From positions 328,437-392,436 of the forward strand of contig MU058259.1 in NCBI GenBank assembly GCA_013265495.1: a stretch of DNA of 64,000 nt. Direction: 5' to 3'. Below the pieces are notes generated by a model. That model saw only the letters and a program-made list of their open reading frames with translations. It had not been told where the DNA came from and did no database searches. This DNA comes from Vicugna vicugna (lineage: Eukaryota). The position numbers were made by a program, and so were the translations under genes. Of the stretch, positions 62,855 to 64,000 are shown piece after piece (within the stretch, counting starts at the first letter, position 1; every line of letters begins with the position of its first letter).

Positions 62855-63260
62855 ACTTTTGATTGGAAAAAGTAACACATGTTAAAAAGTGAAAACATAG
62901 ACATCTAAAACAAAGAACAGAACCACACTCTGTAATCTTACCAGAGAAAACTGGTACAATCTTGGTTTCATTCTTTCAGTTCTTAACGTATATGCCTATT
63001 CAACAAAAATTAGTTCACTTTGTGTATAGAAAGTCTAGATTCTCTCCTACCACGTGACCTTTTCACTTATTTTCCCCTTAAATAATTTCCTTGGACATTA
63101 TTTCCATGTCAAGACATACCAATCTGTGTCATAGTTTACAACGACTGGTAATAGTCTGTGATAGTTAACCAGTTCCCTCTTGGTTATCATTTAGGTTGTT
63201 TCAGTCTTTATAATACATAGGAGCTATGATCAACATGCTTGTGCATATCTCTGGGGTGGG
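62855..63260 (-). mobile_element. L1ME-type 3' fragment
   Basis: ttttgattggaaaaagtaacacatg..ttttcactta..tttccatgtca..ttaaccagttccc..catttaggttgtttc. Confidence 0.65.
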
Positions 63261-64000
63261 ATGAATAGAGTTGTGAGTACACCCACGGGCATGTCTCATT
63301 CTCCTCCATGTATGGAAACCTATCACTGCAGAAGGTCCAGATGGTCAACAGATACTGAAATGGACTCAATGGGTTTAGTTCTTCAAGTGAAGGTAACAAA
63401 GAACAGTGGAAGAAAGGGTTTGTAGAGTCTCAGAGTGTCACAGATATGCACCAAGCCTGAGGCAAAGATTAGCAGTGAGGAGGCACTGGCATCCCAACTA
63501 GAGGAGGTGGCACCTTCTGGCTGTTGTTGGCTGGTTTCTCTGCCTCCTTCTGGCAACAAGGTCAGCGTTGTCTGCAAGGCCAGGGCTGACCTGGGCCCCA
63601 GGGAAGACACCGTCTAGCACTAAGAAGTAAAGCAAGGCTTCCTTTCAAGGGATGGGGTGGTGGCCAGTAGGCCAGAGAGAGACGGGGGAGGAGGGTGTAT
63701 AGCCGTCGCTGCAAGGTTCCTGCTGGGGCTGAAACTGAAGGTTGCAGGACACTCACTCCTCAGGACCAGACGTAAACCTGATGTGCCTGGACAGCTTTCG
63801 GAGAGAGAAGGCCGCTCTGGGCAGATGTCTTTGTCTGTGGACACAGCTGTGTGCGCACTGAGACGTCCCTGTCCATGAGGGATGTTCCCAGAACGGTGAT
63901 GCTGATGATAATGATGATGACAGTGGCCTTGATTGGCAGCAGGAGAAGGGAGATGATTACCCAGACAGCCCTGGAGTGCTAAGAGCTGAACCTGTGAGAA

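Noticed and set aside
41085..64000. Assigning a gene symbol to the CpG-island gene
   Set aside because: Only non-coding leader and intron sequence is visible and I do not recognise it reliably.
1..64000. CRISPR arrays, operons or another novel multi-gene system
   Set aside because: This is mammalian repeat-rich DNA with no regularly spaced repeat-spacer array and no intact CDS cluster.

Overview
Mammalian genomic DNA, most likely a camelid (camel, alpaca or llama). The evidence is a Vic-1-type tRNA-derived SINE at ~10.1 kb and artiodactyl-type L1 3' ends. I found no intact protein-coding sequence. The window has three parts. (1) 1-~1.7 kb: a frameshifted processed pseudogene of MRAP2 that appears to be copied from a non-canonical splice form lacking the N-terminal/transmembrane exons. 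(2) ~1.7-40.6 kb: repeat-rich intergenic DNA, including a full-length L1MD with target-site duplication, a nested L1 pile-up with a twin-priming-type inversion, LTRs, hAT MITEs and L2/MIR. (3) 40.7 kb to the end: a CpG-island, TATA-containing promoter with several candidate 5' exons and the first ~23 kb of intron of a + strand gene I could not identify. Notable local structures are a perfect 82-bp tandem duplication in the CpG island, a 157-bp purine-only tract with no retroelement body, and two short dispersed direct duplications, one carrying a consensus RORE in both copies. Repeat subfamily names come from recalled consensus sequences and coordinates are approximate. I see no evidence of a new multi-gene system.
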